A stretch of 64,000 bases of DNA from positions 89,094,001 to 89,158,000 of the forward strand of contig NC_043001.1 in assembly GCF_006345805.1 (NCBI RefSeq), in the 5' to 3' direction. The position numbers and the translations under genes were made by a program. Below, one piece after another: positions 36,801-47,613 of this stretch (position 1 is the first letter of the stretch; every line of letters starts with the position of its first letter). The notes beneath the pieces are model-generated. The model did no database searches. It saw only the letters and a program-made list of their open reading frames with translations, and was not told where the DNA came from. This stretch comes from Octopus sinensis (lineage: Eukaryota).

Positions 36801-37912
36801 ATGGCGGAAAGATGGGGAAGATGGGATTAAGGCTTGGAGGTAGCCTAAAAAAGGTTATATTTCGTAGAGAGAGATAGGAAAGCCAAAATCAAGTTTTGGC
36901 GGAAAGATGGGGTTAATGCTTAAAGGTAGCTTAAAAGGTTATATTTCGTAGAGAGAGAGATAGGGAAGCCAAAATCAAGTTATGGCGGAAAGATGGGGTT
37001 AATGCTTAAAGGTAGCTTAAAAGGTTATATTTCGTAGAGAGAGAGATAGGGAAGCCAAAATCAAGTTATGGCGGAAAGATGGGGTTAATGCTTAAAGGTA
37101 GCTTAAAAGGTTATATTTCGTAGAGAGAGATAGGAAAGCCAAAATCAAGTTTTGGCGGAAAGATGGGGTAATGCTTAAAGGTAGCTTAAAAGGTTATATT
37201 TCGTAGAGAGAGAGATAGGGAAGCCAAAATCAAGTTTTGGCGGAAAGATGGGGTTATGCTTAAAGGTAGCTTAAAAGGTTATATTTCGTAGAGAGAGAGA
37301 TAGGGAAGCCAAAATCAAGTTATGGCGGAAAGATGGGGTTAATCCTTAAAGGTAGCTTAAAAGGTTATATTTCGTAGAGAGAGAGATAGGGAAGCCAAAA
37401 TCAAGTTATGGCGGAAAGATGGGGTTAATGCTTAAAGGTAGCTTAAAAGGTTATATTTCGTAGAGAGAGATAGGAAAGCCAAAATCAAGTTTTGGCGGAA
37501 AGATGGGGTTAATGCTTAAAGGTAGCTTAAAAGGTTATATTTCGTAGAGAGAGAGATAGGGAAGCCAAAATCAAGTTATGGCGGAAAGATGGGGTTAATG
37601 CTTAAAGGTAGCTTAAAAGGTTATATTTCGTAGAGAGAGAGATATAGGGAAGCCAAAATCAAGTTATGGCGGAAAGATGGGGTTAATGCTTAAAGGTAGC
37701 TTAAAAGGTTATATTTCGTAGAGAGAGAGATAGGGAAGCCAAAATCAAGTTATGGCGGAAAGATGGGGTTAATGCTTAAAGGTAGCTTAAAAGGTTATAT
37801 TTCATAGAGAGAGAGATAGGGAAGCCAAAATCAAGTTATGGCGGAAAGATGGGGTTAATGTTTAAAGGTAGCCTAAAAGGTTATATTTCGTAGTGAGAGA
37901 GATAGGAAAGAC
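36801..37912. repeat. Tandem array of 13 units of ~86 bp abutting the RTE 5'UTR
   Basis: GGAAAGAT at 36806, 36901, 36987, 37073, 37157, 37242, 37327, 37413, 37497, 37583, 37671, 37757, 37843. Confidence 0.97.
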
Positions 37913-38086
37913 AAATCGTTATTTCAACTTGAGACATTTAACAGAGGCAACGTATGAATAAATGTTGTAACAGCGAATGAATGTATGCCGTGCTATGTAT
38001 GGAAGAATAAAAATAATAAGATAAATTTTTAAAAACTTGCTGTGGGTATCGACCGGAAGTTGAGTTGAAGGAGAAAGGAAGTTGAA

Positions 38087-38128
<42 letters not shown>

Positions 38129-38413
38129 ATATATTGTGTGTGTCGGTGTTTGCCCCCACCATCTCTTGACAACCAGTGTTGGTGTGTTTATGTCCCTGTA
38201 ATTTAGTGGGTCGGTAAAAGAGACTGATAGTATAAGTACTAGGATTACAAAGAAAAAGTCAATTTGTTAGACTAAAGGCAGTGCTCCAGCGTGACCACAG
38301 TCAAGTGACTGAAACAAATAAAAGAATAAAACAATATACAGACATATATATATATATTTGTATATGTATGTATATATAAGTATATATATATTTATATATT
38401 TATGTATATACAA

Positions 38414-38491
<78 letters not shown>

Positions 38492-38694
38492 AGGTTTGAA
38501 AATGCAATTTTAAGATGTTTATTCACTTGACCAGTTTCACTTTTTTAGAGAAAGATTGTCAAAAGTAAAATGCAAAGCTTTGTATAAGATTTGTTGTGTT
38601 AAGTACTGGTTGTCATAAAAGTATTAAAATACATATAAACATTCTTTGATAATAATAAGAAAATGTTAAAAACAGTTTAAAAGAAAGTACTTAA

Positions 38695-38762
38695 GAAAAT
38701 ATTCAACAAAAAGCATTAGGAGTTCAATATTGAACTTCTAATACTTTTTGTTGAATATTTTC
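38695..38762. repeat. 68-bp near-perfect palindrome without spacer
   Basis: GAAAATATTCAACAAAAAGCATTAGGAGTTCAAT|ATTGAACTTCTAATACTTTTTGTTGAATATTTTC. Confidence 0.9.
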
Positions 38763-38859
38763 GATTCCCAGACCGGCATTGAGTGTTTATTGAGCGAAAA
38801 CACCCAAGACTCCACGAGACTCCTGCAGGGGGTGGTGGCGAACCCTTCTGTATTTTTTC

Positions 38860-39060
38860 ACTACAACTTTCTCTCACTCTTTCTTCCTGTTTCTGTTGTA
38901 CCTGTATTTCAAAGGGCCAGCCTTGTCACACTCTGTGTCACACTGAATCTCCCCAGAACTATGTTAAGGATACACATGTCTGTGGAGTGCTCAGCCACTT
39001 GCATGTTAATCTTACAAGTGGGCTGTTCCATTGATCAGATCAACTGGAACCCTCATCGGA
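38860..39060 (+). mobile_element. SINE 3' portion; related copy at ~57545-57720 (-)
   Basis: GTGGA.TGCTCAGCCACTTGCATGTTAAT...GATCAGATCAACTGGAACCCT is shared between the two loci. Confidence 0.65.
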
Positions 39061-40183
39061 GGTGTTAACTTCATCATAAGTGTTTACTTCCACTTCCAAC
39101 AAATCATTCTACAAACATTTGTTTGTTCCTTCTCAAGCTACACCTGGCTCATAGGGCCGGTTTCCCAGTTTCCTTGGCGTATAGGTTCCCCACCTGGATG
39201 GGATGCCGGTCCATCACAGTTGAGCTGCAAGATGCAGGAGAAAAGAGTGAGATAAAGTTGTGGCAAAAGAGTCAGCAGAAGTTTGCCATTACCTACTCCC
39301 AGAGCCACATGGAGCTTAGATGTTTCACTCATAAACACACACATCACTCGGTCTGACATTCGAACCTGCGATCTCTCGACTGCAAGTCTACTGCTTTAAC
39401 CACTAGGCCATGTGCCTTCACACAAACATTTAGCTTTCCCTTAAATGACCAACATGTTTATTGACACACTACATTGAACCTCATAGTCAAGACACAAACT
39501 CAGGAATCATTCCATTTATTGCTTCATTTCAGATCTATGGAAAACAATGTCCACATATTTCACCTCACAATCTTATTTTATCTTTATTGCCATATATTGT
39601 CCCCAACATTGACTTGCTTTCATTTCTTTTTACAGTATGGCTGAGTTTTTCTTCCCCTTCAAGCTTTCGTAAAATATTAAATTTTATGTTAAACATAATC
39701 TTTTTACAATTCCTATTTACCCTTCTGTTTTTCTTTCCACTTATGTTTCCTATCCAGTCATCTTGAATAAAAATATTTTAGTATACCTTGCATGTAACTA
39801 GTTAAATCCAACAGTAGTGGTGACAAGCAAGAAATCCCTGTCTGTTTGTAAAACAGTAGAATCCAAGAAAATTAGTGATGTCCTGTGTTAGATAATAGTA
39901 GTTGTGTTATGACTTTGGATCATCATCATCGTCATTATAATTTTAACATCCACTTTTCCATGCTGACACGGGCTGGATGGAATTTTGTTGAAGTGAATTT
40001 TCTATGGCTGGATCCCCTTCCTGTCACCAACTCTCACTTGTTTCCAAGTAAGGTAATATTTCGCCATGATCAGATGTGTTTTCACAGAAGATTGGGAACA
40101 AAAGACACTGCTTGCATGAAGGCATCATTTGTTTAAAACTATCATGTGTTGGAAATGGGGTGAACACACACACACACACACAT

Positions 40184-40228
<45 letters not shown>

Positions 40229-41198
40229 CACACACATACAGACAGACATATATATGCGTGTGTGTGTGTGTAATAGGCTTCTTTCAGTTTCTATCTACCA
40301 AATCCACACACAAGACTTTTGTATGTCCAGGGCCATAGCAAAAGACACTTGCCCAAGATGCCATGCAGTGGGATTGAACTTGGAACCATGTAGTCGGGAA
40401 GCAGATGTCTTACTGCAAAGCCACGCCTATGCCTTGGACACCAAAATATAAATGAGAAAAGGAAAGGGTGAAGGTATGAAACAGGAGGAGAACTGTTTGA
40501 TAAAAGTTAGTTGGAAAGCCCAGGCCAGTAGAATTAGGGCATATGCAAACAAGATTTATGGGTGTTAAGGAGGGATCAGGTAATGGGGGAAAGAGGATAA
40601 AGTTTATTTTCTCATATGTTTTTATTTTATTTTATTTCATCCCATTTATCTCACTTTTAATTTATTCCACATTTTGCTCTTTGCCCACTTTCCCCTTCTC
40701 TGTTTTAGTCTTCCCCTCCTCATTTCCACTGGTTTTCCTTCTCTCCACCTCTTTTTCCTTCCTAAAAGTGATTATAATATGTACTACCATAACTATTTTA
40801 TTCATGAATCTTATTACAAATAAATTTCCCATGCCCTGAAATGCCAGTCACAACCTGTCTTGTCCAAACCCATTTGACCACAGAAATATATGAGTGAGTA
40901 ATCACCATGGCTGCTCCAATCCCAAACAAATTCTCCATGAATAAAACAGAACTAGTTCTGTATGAGCCTTTTCTCTATAAATGAATTATGGGAGTGTGTA
41001 TATATTATTATTTATATTTTATGTATATATATATGTGTATGTATGTATATATATATATATAATTATATTTATAAATATAGTATATATATATGTATGTATG
41101 TATATATATATATATGTATGTATGTATATATATATGTATATATATATATATATATTATATATATATATATGTATGTATGTATGTATGTATATATATAT

Positions 41199-41254
<56 letters not shown>

Positions 41255-41255
<1 letters not shown>

Positions 41256-41620
41256 GTAGAAAAATACAAACTGGGACAAGAACATAAAACATTTAGAAGA
41301 CGATACAAAAAAACACGGACGGGACATTCAAAGCCTTCAATCTTCAATCAAGAACCAGATCCTAGCAATTTCGGCTGATTAATCTTGAGATCGCTCCAAT
41401 CCGGCCAGCTCCAAGGAAAAACTAAGCTACAAGCATTAGATTTCTTGGAAAAAGGATCGAGTGTATACGAAACAGGGACAGAAAAACGGACGATGCCACA
41501 CGAATATAAAATACAAAAAACAATAATGGTAAAAACAGGACAAAAACAGCGGGTGTCTTACGACTAATAGACAGTACAATTTAGTTTAGCTGGCGTATTT
41601 GGAAAAAATGCCTTTTTCAG
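41255..41620. mobile_element. CpG-retaining repeat fragment abutting (AT)n, possibly Penelope-like
   Basis: Position and composition resemble the other Penelope-like fragments, but no canonical hammerhead core was found. Confidence 0.3.
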
Positions 41621-43536
41621 CAGATGAAGACAACGATCTTCTCATGGCGCTGGTTAGAAGCCGAAAGGCTGGTTGACCAGCGGTCACGTGAGAGAAGAGA
41701 GAGAAAAGAACCATCTGAACGTGGTTGATGCCAGTCCCACCAACTGGTTCCTGAACTGGTGGCATGTAAAAAGCACCATCTGAATGTGGTCGATGCTAGC
41801 ACTCCCCCCCACCAACTGGCTCCTGTGCTGGTGACACATACAAAGCACCCACTACACCCTTGGAGTGGTTGGTGTTAGGAAGGGCATCCAGCTGTAGAAA
41901 CCTTACCAGATTGGAGCCTGACACAGCCTACTGGTTTGCCAGTCCCCAGTCAAACTGTCCAACCCATGCCAGAATAGAAAATGGACATTAAACGATGATG
42001 ATGATGATATATACATCGTTAATCAAAAAGTTAACTTCATTAATTGTTAACCTGTTAACCAAGAAGTTAATCCTTTAATTACTTGAAAATGTAATGGAAG
42101 TTAACATTAACTTTTATTGAAGAAAAATAACTTTCTGGAAGTTATTGCCTCATACCTTCCAGAAAAATGGATACTTTTTTACAAAACTTTCGCCAAATGA
42201 TCGCTTACATCCTGTAGATTGAGTATACGTAAAAATTTGTTGAAAAAGTTTTCCAGGGAGTTGGGGAGAGAAGTTTCAGAAAATTGACAGGATCTGACAC
42301 TTTCGCCCTCATAACATTCTGGAAAATGGGTTTTTTTAATGAAATTTTATACAAATACCTTTGAAATTACAATTACAAAGAAATTTGTAGGCAAAATTTT
42401 TCGAAGGGAGAGGGGCTAGGAGTTTCTGAAAAAGGGATTTTCAGATCAGATGGCCCACATAAGTTGGAATTTCTGTTTTGACGAGGATTTTTTCCAATGT
42501 TTTTCACCAAAGTCTTCAGAATAATGGAAAGTATCTTTTCAGGAAAAAAAAAATTTGAAAATTTTTTTCTCTCCTGCCCCAGTCTGAAATGACTTTTGCC
42601 ATTTGTTTTTATTACACTCTTAAAACACTTGAAAGAAACATTTTCAATTTTAAAAAAATTGTTAATAATTTTGGAGGAAAATGTGTGATTTAAGGGAGAT
42701 CCAGCTGTTGTTTCTAGCACATCCCAAAACTTCCCTCCTCATTTCTTTCTCACTCACACATCTATTGATAGTTTTCAATATTTTTCTCCCCATAAACAAA
42801 TTTTATGGAATGATGATATCAAAGTAACACATGTGTAGTCCCAATCGAGCGAGGATGTGTTATGTGTGTGTGTGTAAGAAAAAACATTTAAAAACATCTT
42901 TAGCGTTCATATTAATCTGTCAAATGTAATGCTTATTTGTTCACATTATTTTGAATTATTCAGGCTCAAGACGGGTGTCCACAATATTTGTTTGTAACTT
43001 TGTAATTTTTTTACATACAGATTTGAAAGTTTGTCAAGGGGTGCATTATATTCCACTGGTTTATAGTTATGTAATTTTAGCTGATCTTACTGAGTAAATT
43101 TGACTTTTATGGGCAGGTAAATTTAATTAACAGGTATAAAAGCAACAACATTATGGATAAACACTAAAACTGAAATTCTTAATGCATTTTACCTGTTTGA
43201 TTTGTTACTAAAATTATCCCAGTTAGCAATTTTTCCACTTTTCAAGATGAAATACATTAATTTGAATTCATTAAAATACAAGTATAATCAGTACAAGATT
43301 TTATTCTTTCAGTAAATATTTTGTGCCTCGGTGTGGAATAATTTTTTCCACAGTTTTTTCAGGTGCATTCAACATATCTGACCTCCAAACCCACTGCAAG
43401 CCACTTTTTTGTGGAAAAGAAAGGCAGGAGGGGTGATGGAGACCTCCAATAAGGATTTTCAAAGTTAACTCAAAAGTTAAATCATTAACAAAAATGTTAA
43501 CTTCATTAATTAACGATTAACAGACTTATACCCTCC

Positions 43537-43580
<44 letters not shown>

Positions 43581-43587
<7 letters not shown>

Positions 43588-43795
43588 ACCGCATGTATAC
43601 CGTTGGCGATTTTTTTTCCTCCGTCTTCCCTTCTCTGGATCTTTCCTTTTCCTATGTTTCTGACGAAGAGCTCTGCTCGAAACGTAAAACTCTCCTTCTT
43701 CCCTTCCTTCCTGAGCGTCCAATAATACTATATTTGTTCCACGTCCTCGCGTTGTTGTGTTTTCTCTTTGTGTTTTCATATTTGGAATAACTTTA
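43581..43795 (+). mobile_element. Penelope-like terminal repeat inserted in (AT)n
   Basis: Contains an intact minimal hammerhead; the downstream TTCCTGAGCGTCCAATAATAC..TTTGTT resembles the 3165/10532 family. Confidence 0.7.
43656..43690 (+). ncRNA. Minimal type I hammerhead ribozyme (dimer-dependent type)
   Basis: GTTT CTGACGA A GAGC TCT GCTC GAAAC GTA AAAC: stem I GTTT/AAAC, stem II GAGC/GCTC, loopless palindromic stem III ACGT, GUA triplet. Confidence 0.8.
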
Positions 43796-43853
43796 TATAT
43801 ATATATATGTATATATATTTGTAATATAATATGTGACAATTTTTCGGTTGCCA

Positions 43854-43916
43854 TAATAAAACTCTGAGTTTCAGATGTCGGGGCAGAAACCTGCACCAGC
43901 ATCTCTTCAGTTATCA
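43854..43916 (-). ncRNA. Type I hammerhead motif (left arm)
   Basis: Minus strand reads GATAA CTGAAGA GATG...CATC T GAAAC TCAGA GTT TTATT. Confidence 0.65.
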
Positions 43917-44227
43917 AGGCAATTATTATATGCTATGAAAATGACCATTAAACAAAGGGAAATTACTATGTAAATGACCATTATTAAGACAAAAGAGTTA
44001 TTAGAATGACTGTTAAATAAGGGGAAAAAACCGAAGGGGAGGAAGTAAAAAGTAAAGGAGTAAGAAAGCTCATAGCGATCATGTGTTTGTGCATGTACAT
44101 ACATACACACGTGTGCATGCACACCCACGTACATGTGCCTATATGCATATGCTCACTCAGACTTGCATGAAACACTCACATGCGCACCCACATGTGAGTA
44201 CGCATGTGTGTGTTTCATGGCATATTT

Positions 44228-44290
44228 TAATAACTGAAGAGATGCTGGTGCAGGTTTCTGCCCTGACATCTGAAACTCAGAGTTTTATTA
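44228..44290 (+). ncRNA. Type I hammerhead motif (right arm)
   Basis: TAATAA CTGAAGA GATG CTGGTGCAGGTTTCTGCCCTGA CATC T GAAAC TCAGA GTT TTATTA; 6-bp stem I, GUU triplet. Confidence 0.7.
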
Positions 44291-44655
44291 TAGCAACTGA
44301 ATAATTGTCACATATTATATTACAAATAAATTCCTCTATTTACATATTGAGGTCTCTTTCATTCTTTTGTTGTCTTACCATTACTATTAACATATATATA
44401 TATCTTTGAGTGCATGTCATTGTGTCTATTTTTGTCCCCCACCGCTGCTTAACAACTCATGTTGGTGTGTTTATGTCCCTGTACCTCAGCAGTTCAACCA
44501 AAGTGACCAATAGAATAAGTACTAGTGGTCAATTTGTTCAACTAAAACCCTTCAAGGCAGTGCTCCAACATGGCCACAGTCAAATGGCTGAAACAAGTTA
44601 AAAAAGGAGCTGTTATCCTCCATATTCATTACATATATATATATATATATATATA

Positions 44656-44786
44656 CTTTATTTTAAGCAGCAGAAAATTCAACAAAATCTGTTACTCTGA
44701 GTTTCTCGTTGCCGTTCATCTGATGAACGGCAACGAGAAACTCAGAGTAACAGATTTTGTTGAATTTTCTGCTGCTTAAAATAAAG
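44656..44786. repeat. Perfect 131-bp palindrome (65-bp arms, single central T at 44721)
   Basis: ...GCCGTTCATC T GATGAACGGC...; the arms match base for base. Confidence 0.97.
44720..44754 (+). ncRNA. Hammerhead core starting at the palindrome centre
   Basis: CTGATGA A CG GCAA CG A GAAAC TCAGA GTA ACAGA; the 5' strand of stem I is replaced by the inverted arm. Confidence 0.6.
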
Positions 44787-44857
44787 CATATTACTCTACT
44801 ACTGGTATTTGAGTACTCTTTTTTCCACCTTGTTTCACATTTATGTGTTTACTCCGG

Positions 44858-47613
44858 TATCATCATCATCATCATCATTTAGCGTCCGTTTTCCATGCTA
44901 GCATGGGTTGGACGGTTCAACTGGGGTCTGGGAGCCCAAAGGCTGCACCAGGCCAGTCAGATCTGGCAGTGTTTCTACAGCTGGATGCCCTTCCTAACGC
45001 CAACCACTCCGAGAGTGTAGTGGGTGATTTTATGTGCCACCGACACAGGTGCCAGACAAGGCTGGCGAACGGCCACGCTCGGATGGTGTTTTTATGTGCC
45101 ACCGACACAGGTGCCAGACGAGGCTGGCAGACGGCCACGCTCGGATGGTGTTTTTATGTGCCACCGACACAGGTGCCAGATGAGGCTGGCGGACGGCCAC
45201 GATCGGATGGTGTTTGTTACGTCCCCAAAGCATGGAGGCCAGTCTATGCGGTACTGGCTACGGCCACGTTCGGATGATTTTCTTGTGTGCCACCGGCACT
45301 GGTACCACAAAGATACAAATTCCATTGATGTTCATCTATTTTGATTTGTTTTGATTTGATTTTCACTTGCCTCAACAGGTCTTCACAAGTGTCACAAGAA
45401 GGAAGGTATGCACAGGTGGACTGACTACGTCCCAGGTAGGGGCCACGGGTTATGGCCTGACTAGTCTTGCCGGGTCTTCGGATGGTGTTTTTATGTGCCA
45501 CCGACACAGGTGCCAGATGAGGCTGGCGAACGGCCACGATCGGATGGTGTTTGTTGTGTGCCCACAGCACGGAGGCCAGTCGATGCGGTACTGGCTACGG
45601 CCACGTTCGGATGGTTTTCTTGTGTGTCACCGGCACTGGTACCACAAAGATACAAATTCCATTGATGTTCATCTATTTTGATTTGATTTGATTTGATTTT
45701 CACTTGCCTCAACAGGTCTTCACAGGTCTTCACAAGTGTCACAAGAAGGAAGGAAGGTATGCACAGGTGGACTGACTACGTCCCAAGTAGGGGTCACGGG
45801 TTATGGCCTGACTAGTCTTGCCGGGTCTTCGGTTGGTGTTTTTATGTGCCACCGACACAGGTGCCAGATGAGGCTGGCGGACGGCCACGATCGGATGGTG
45901 TTTGTTATGTGCCCACATCACAGAGGCCAGTCGATGCGGTACTGGCTACGGCCACGTTCGGATGGTTTTCTTGTGTGCCACCGGTACTGGTACCACAAAG
46001 ATACAAATTCCATTGATGTTCATCTATTTTGATTTGGTTTGATTTTCACTTGCCTCAACAGGTCTTCACAAGGGTCACACACTTGCCTCAACAGGTCTCC
46101 ACAAGTGTCACACACTTGCCTCTGCCTCAACAGGTCTTCACAAGTGTCACACACTTGCCTCAACAGGTCTTCACAAGTGTCATAAGAGGGAAGGTATGCA
46201 CAGGTGGACTGACTACGTCGCCGGGTCTTTGGATGGTGTTTTTATGTGCCACCGACACAGGTGCCAGATGAGGCTGGCGAACGGCCACGATCGGATGGTG
46301 TTTGTTGTGCCCACAGCACGGAGGCCAGTCGATGCGGTACTGGCTACGGCCACGTTTGGGTGGTTTTCTTGTGTGCCACCGGCACTGGTACCACAAAGAA
46401 TACAATTCCACTGATGTTCATCTATTTTGATTGTTTTGATTTGATTTTCACTTGCCTCAACAGGTCTTCATAAGTGTCACAAGAAGGAAGGTATGCACAG
46501 GAGGACTGACTACGTCCAGGTAGGGGCCACGGGTTATGGCCTGACTAGTCTTGCCGGGTCTTTTCACGCACAGCATACTTCCATAGGTCTCGGTCTCTAG
46601 ACATTTCCTTAGTGAGACCTAAAGTTCGAAGGTCGTGCTTCACCACCTCGTCCCAGGTTTTCCTGGGTCTACCTCTTCCACAGGTTCCCTCAACTGCTAG
46701 GGTGTAGCACTTTTGCACACAACTATCTTCAGCCTTTCTCGTCACATGACCATACCAGCGCAGCCGTCTCTCTTGCACACCACAACTGACGCTTCTTAGG
46801 TTCAACTTTTCTCTCAAGGAACTTACACTCTGACGATTATGAACACTGACATTACACATCCATCGGAGCATACTGGCTTCATTTCTTGCGAGCTTACGCA
46901 TATCCTCAGCAGTCACGGCCCATGTTTCACTACCATGTAGCATGGCTGTACGTACACATGCATCATACAGTCTGCCTTTTACTCTGAGCGAGAGGCCTTT
47001 TGTCACCAGCAGGGGTAAGAGCTCTCTAAACTTTGCCCAGGCTATTCTTACTCTAGCAGTTACACTTTCAGCACACCCACCCCCGCTACTGACTTGGTCT
47101 CCTAGGTAGCGGAAGCTATCAACTACTTCTAGTTTGTCTCCCTGGAACGTGGCAGAAGTTGGTCTCTGCACATTTCCAGTGTTTATTGCTCCTGAGCATT
47201 TGCCACAGACAAAAACTATTTTCCTAGTTAGCCTTCCTTTGACATTGCTGCACCTCTTATGTGTCCATAGCTTACACTTGGTGCATCTTATAGAGTTTCT
47301 ACCTACACCTTTTTTACAGATCAAGCAGGGCCATCTACCTGAAGGCGTTTGTGATTGATCTACCTTCCTACTTATTAGGACTTTGGTTTTGGCTAGGTTG
47401 ATTCTAAGGCCCTTCGATTCTAATCCTTGTTTCCACACCTGAAACTTCTCCTCCAGTTCTGATAGTGACTCAGCAATTAGAGCAAGGTCATCAGCATAGA
47501 GGAGCTCCCAGGGGCAACCTGTCTTGAATTCCTCCATTATTGCCTGGAGGACTATGATAAATAGGAGGGGACTGAGGACTGAACCTTGGTGGACCCCAAC
47601 CTCTACCCGGAAA
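44858..47613 (-). mobile_element. Young 5'-truncated RTE LINE with tandemly amplified 3'UTR
   Basis: Uninterrupted RT C-terminal ORF, four copies of the stop-codon/3'UTR unit, (GAT)n tail at 44858-44878. Confidence 0.95.
46545..47612 (-). pseudogene. RTE reverse transcriptase, 5'-truncated open fragment (~355 codons)
   Basis: FRVEVGVHQGSVLSPLLF...WELLYADDLALIAE...CKLWTHKRC...RLRWYGHV...GRGRPRKTW...REKTRQD*. Confidence 0.95.

Larger units (their letters stand above)
43817..44328. mobile_element. Inverted pair of Penelope-like fragments (43817-43915 and 44229-44328)
   Basis: ~100-bp arms are reverse complements around a ~310-bp spacer. Confidence 0.85.

Noticed and set aside
36801-37912. Array as CRISPR or as a retrozyme tandem
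   Set aside because: Units are contiguous with no unique spacers, and neither strand has a CTGANGA core.
39636-39668. 33-nt candidate exon (TTTTTACAG|TATGGCTGAG...TTC|GTAAAA)
   Set aside because: Good acceptor but weak donor and no recognisable peptide; such matches are common in AT-rich introns.
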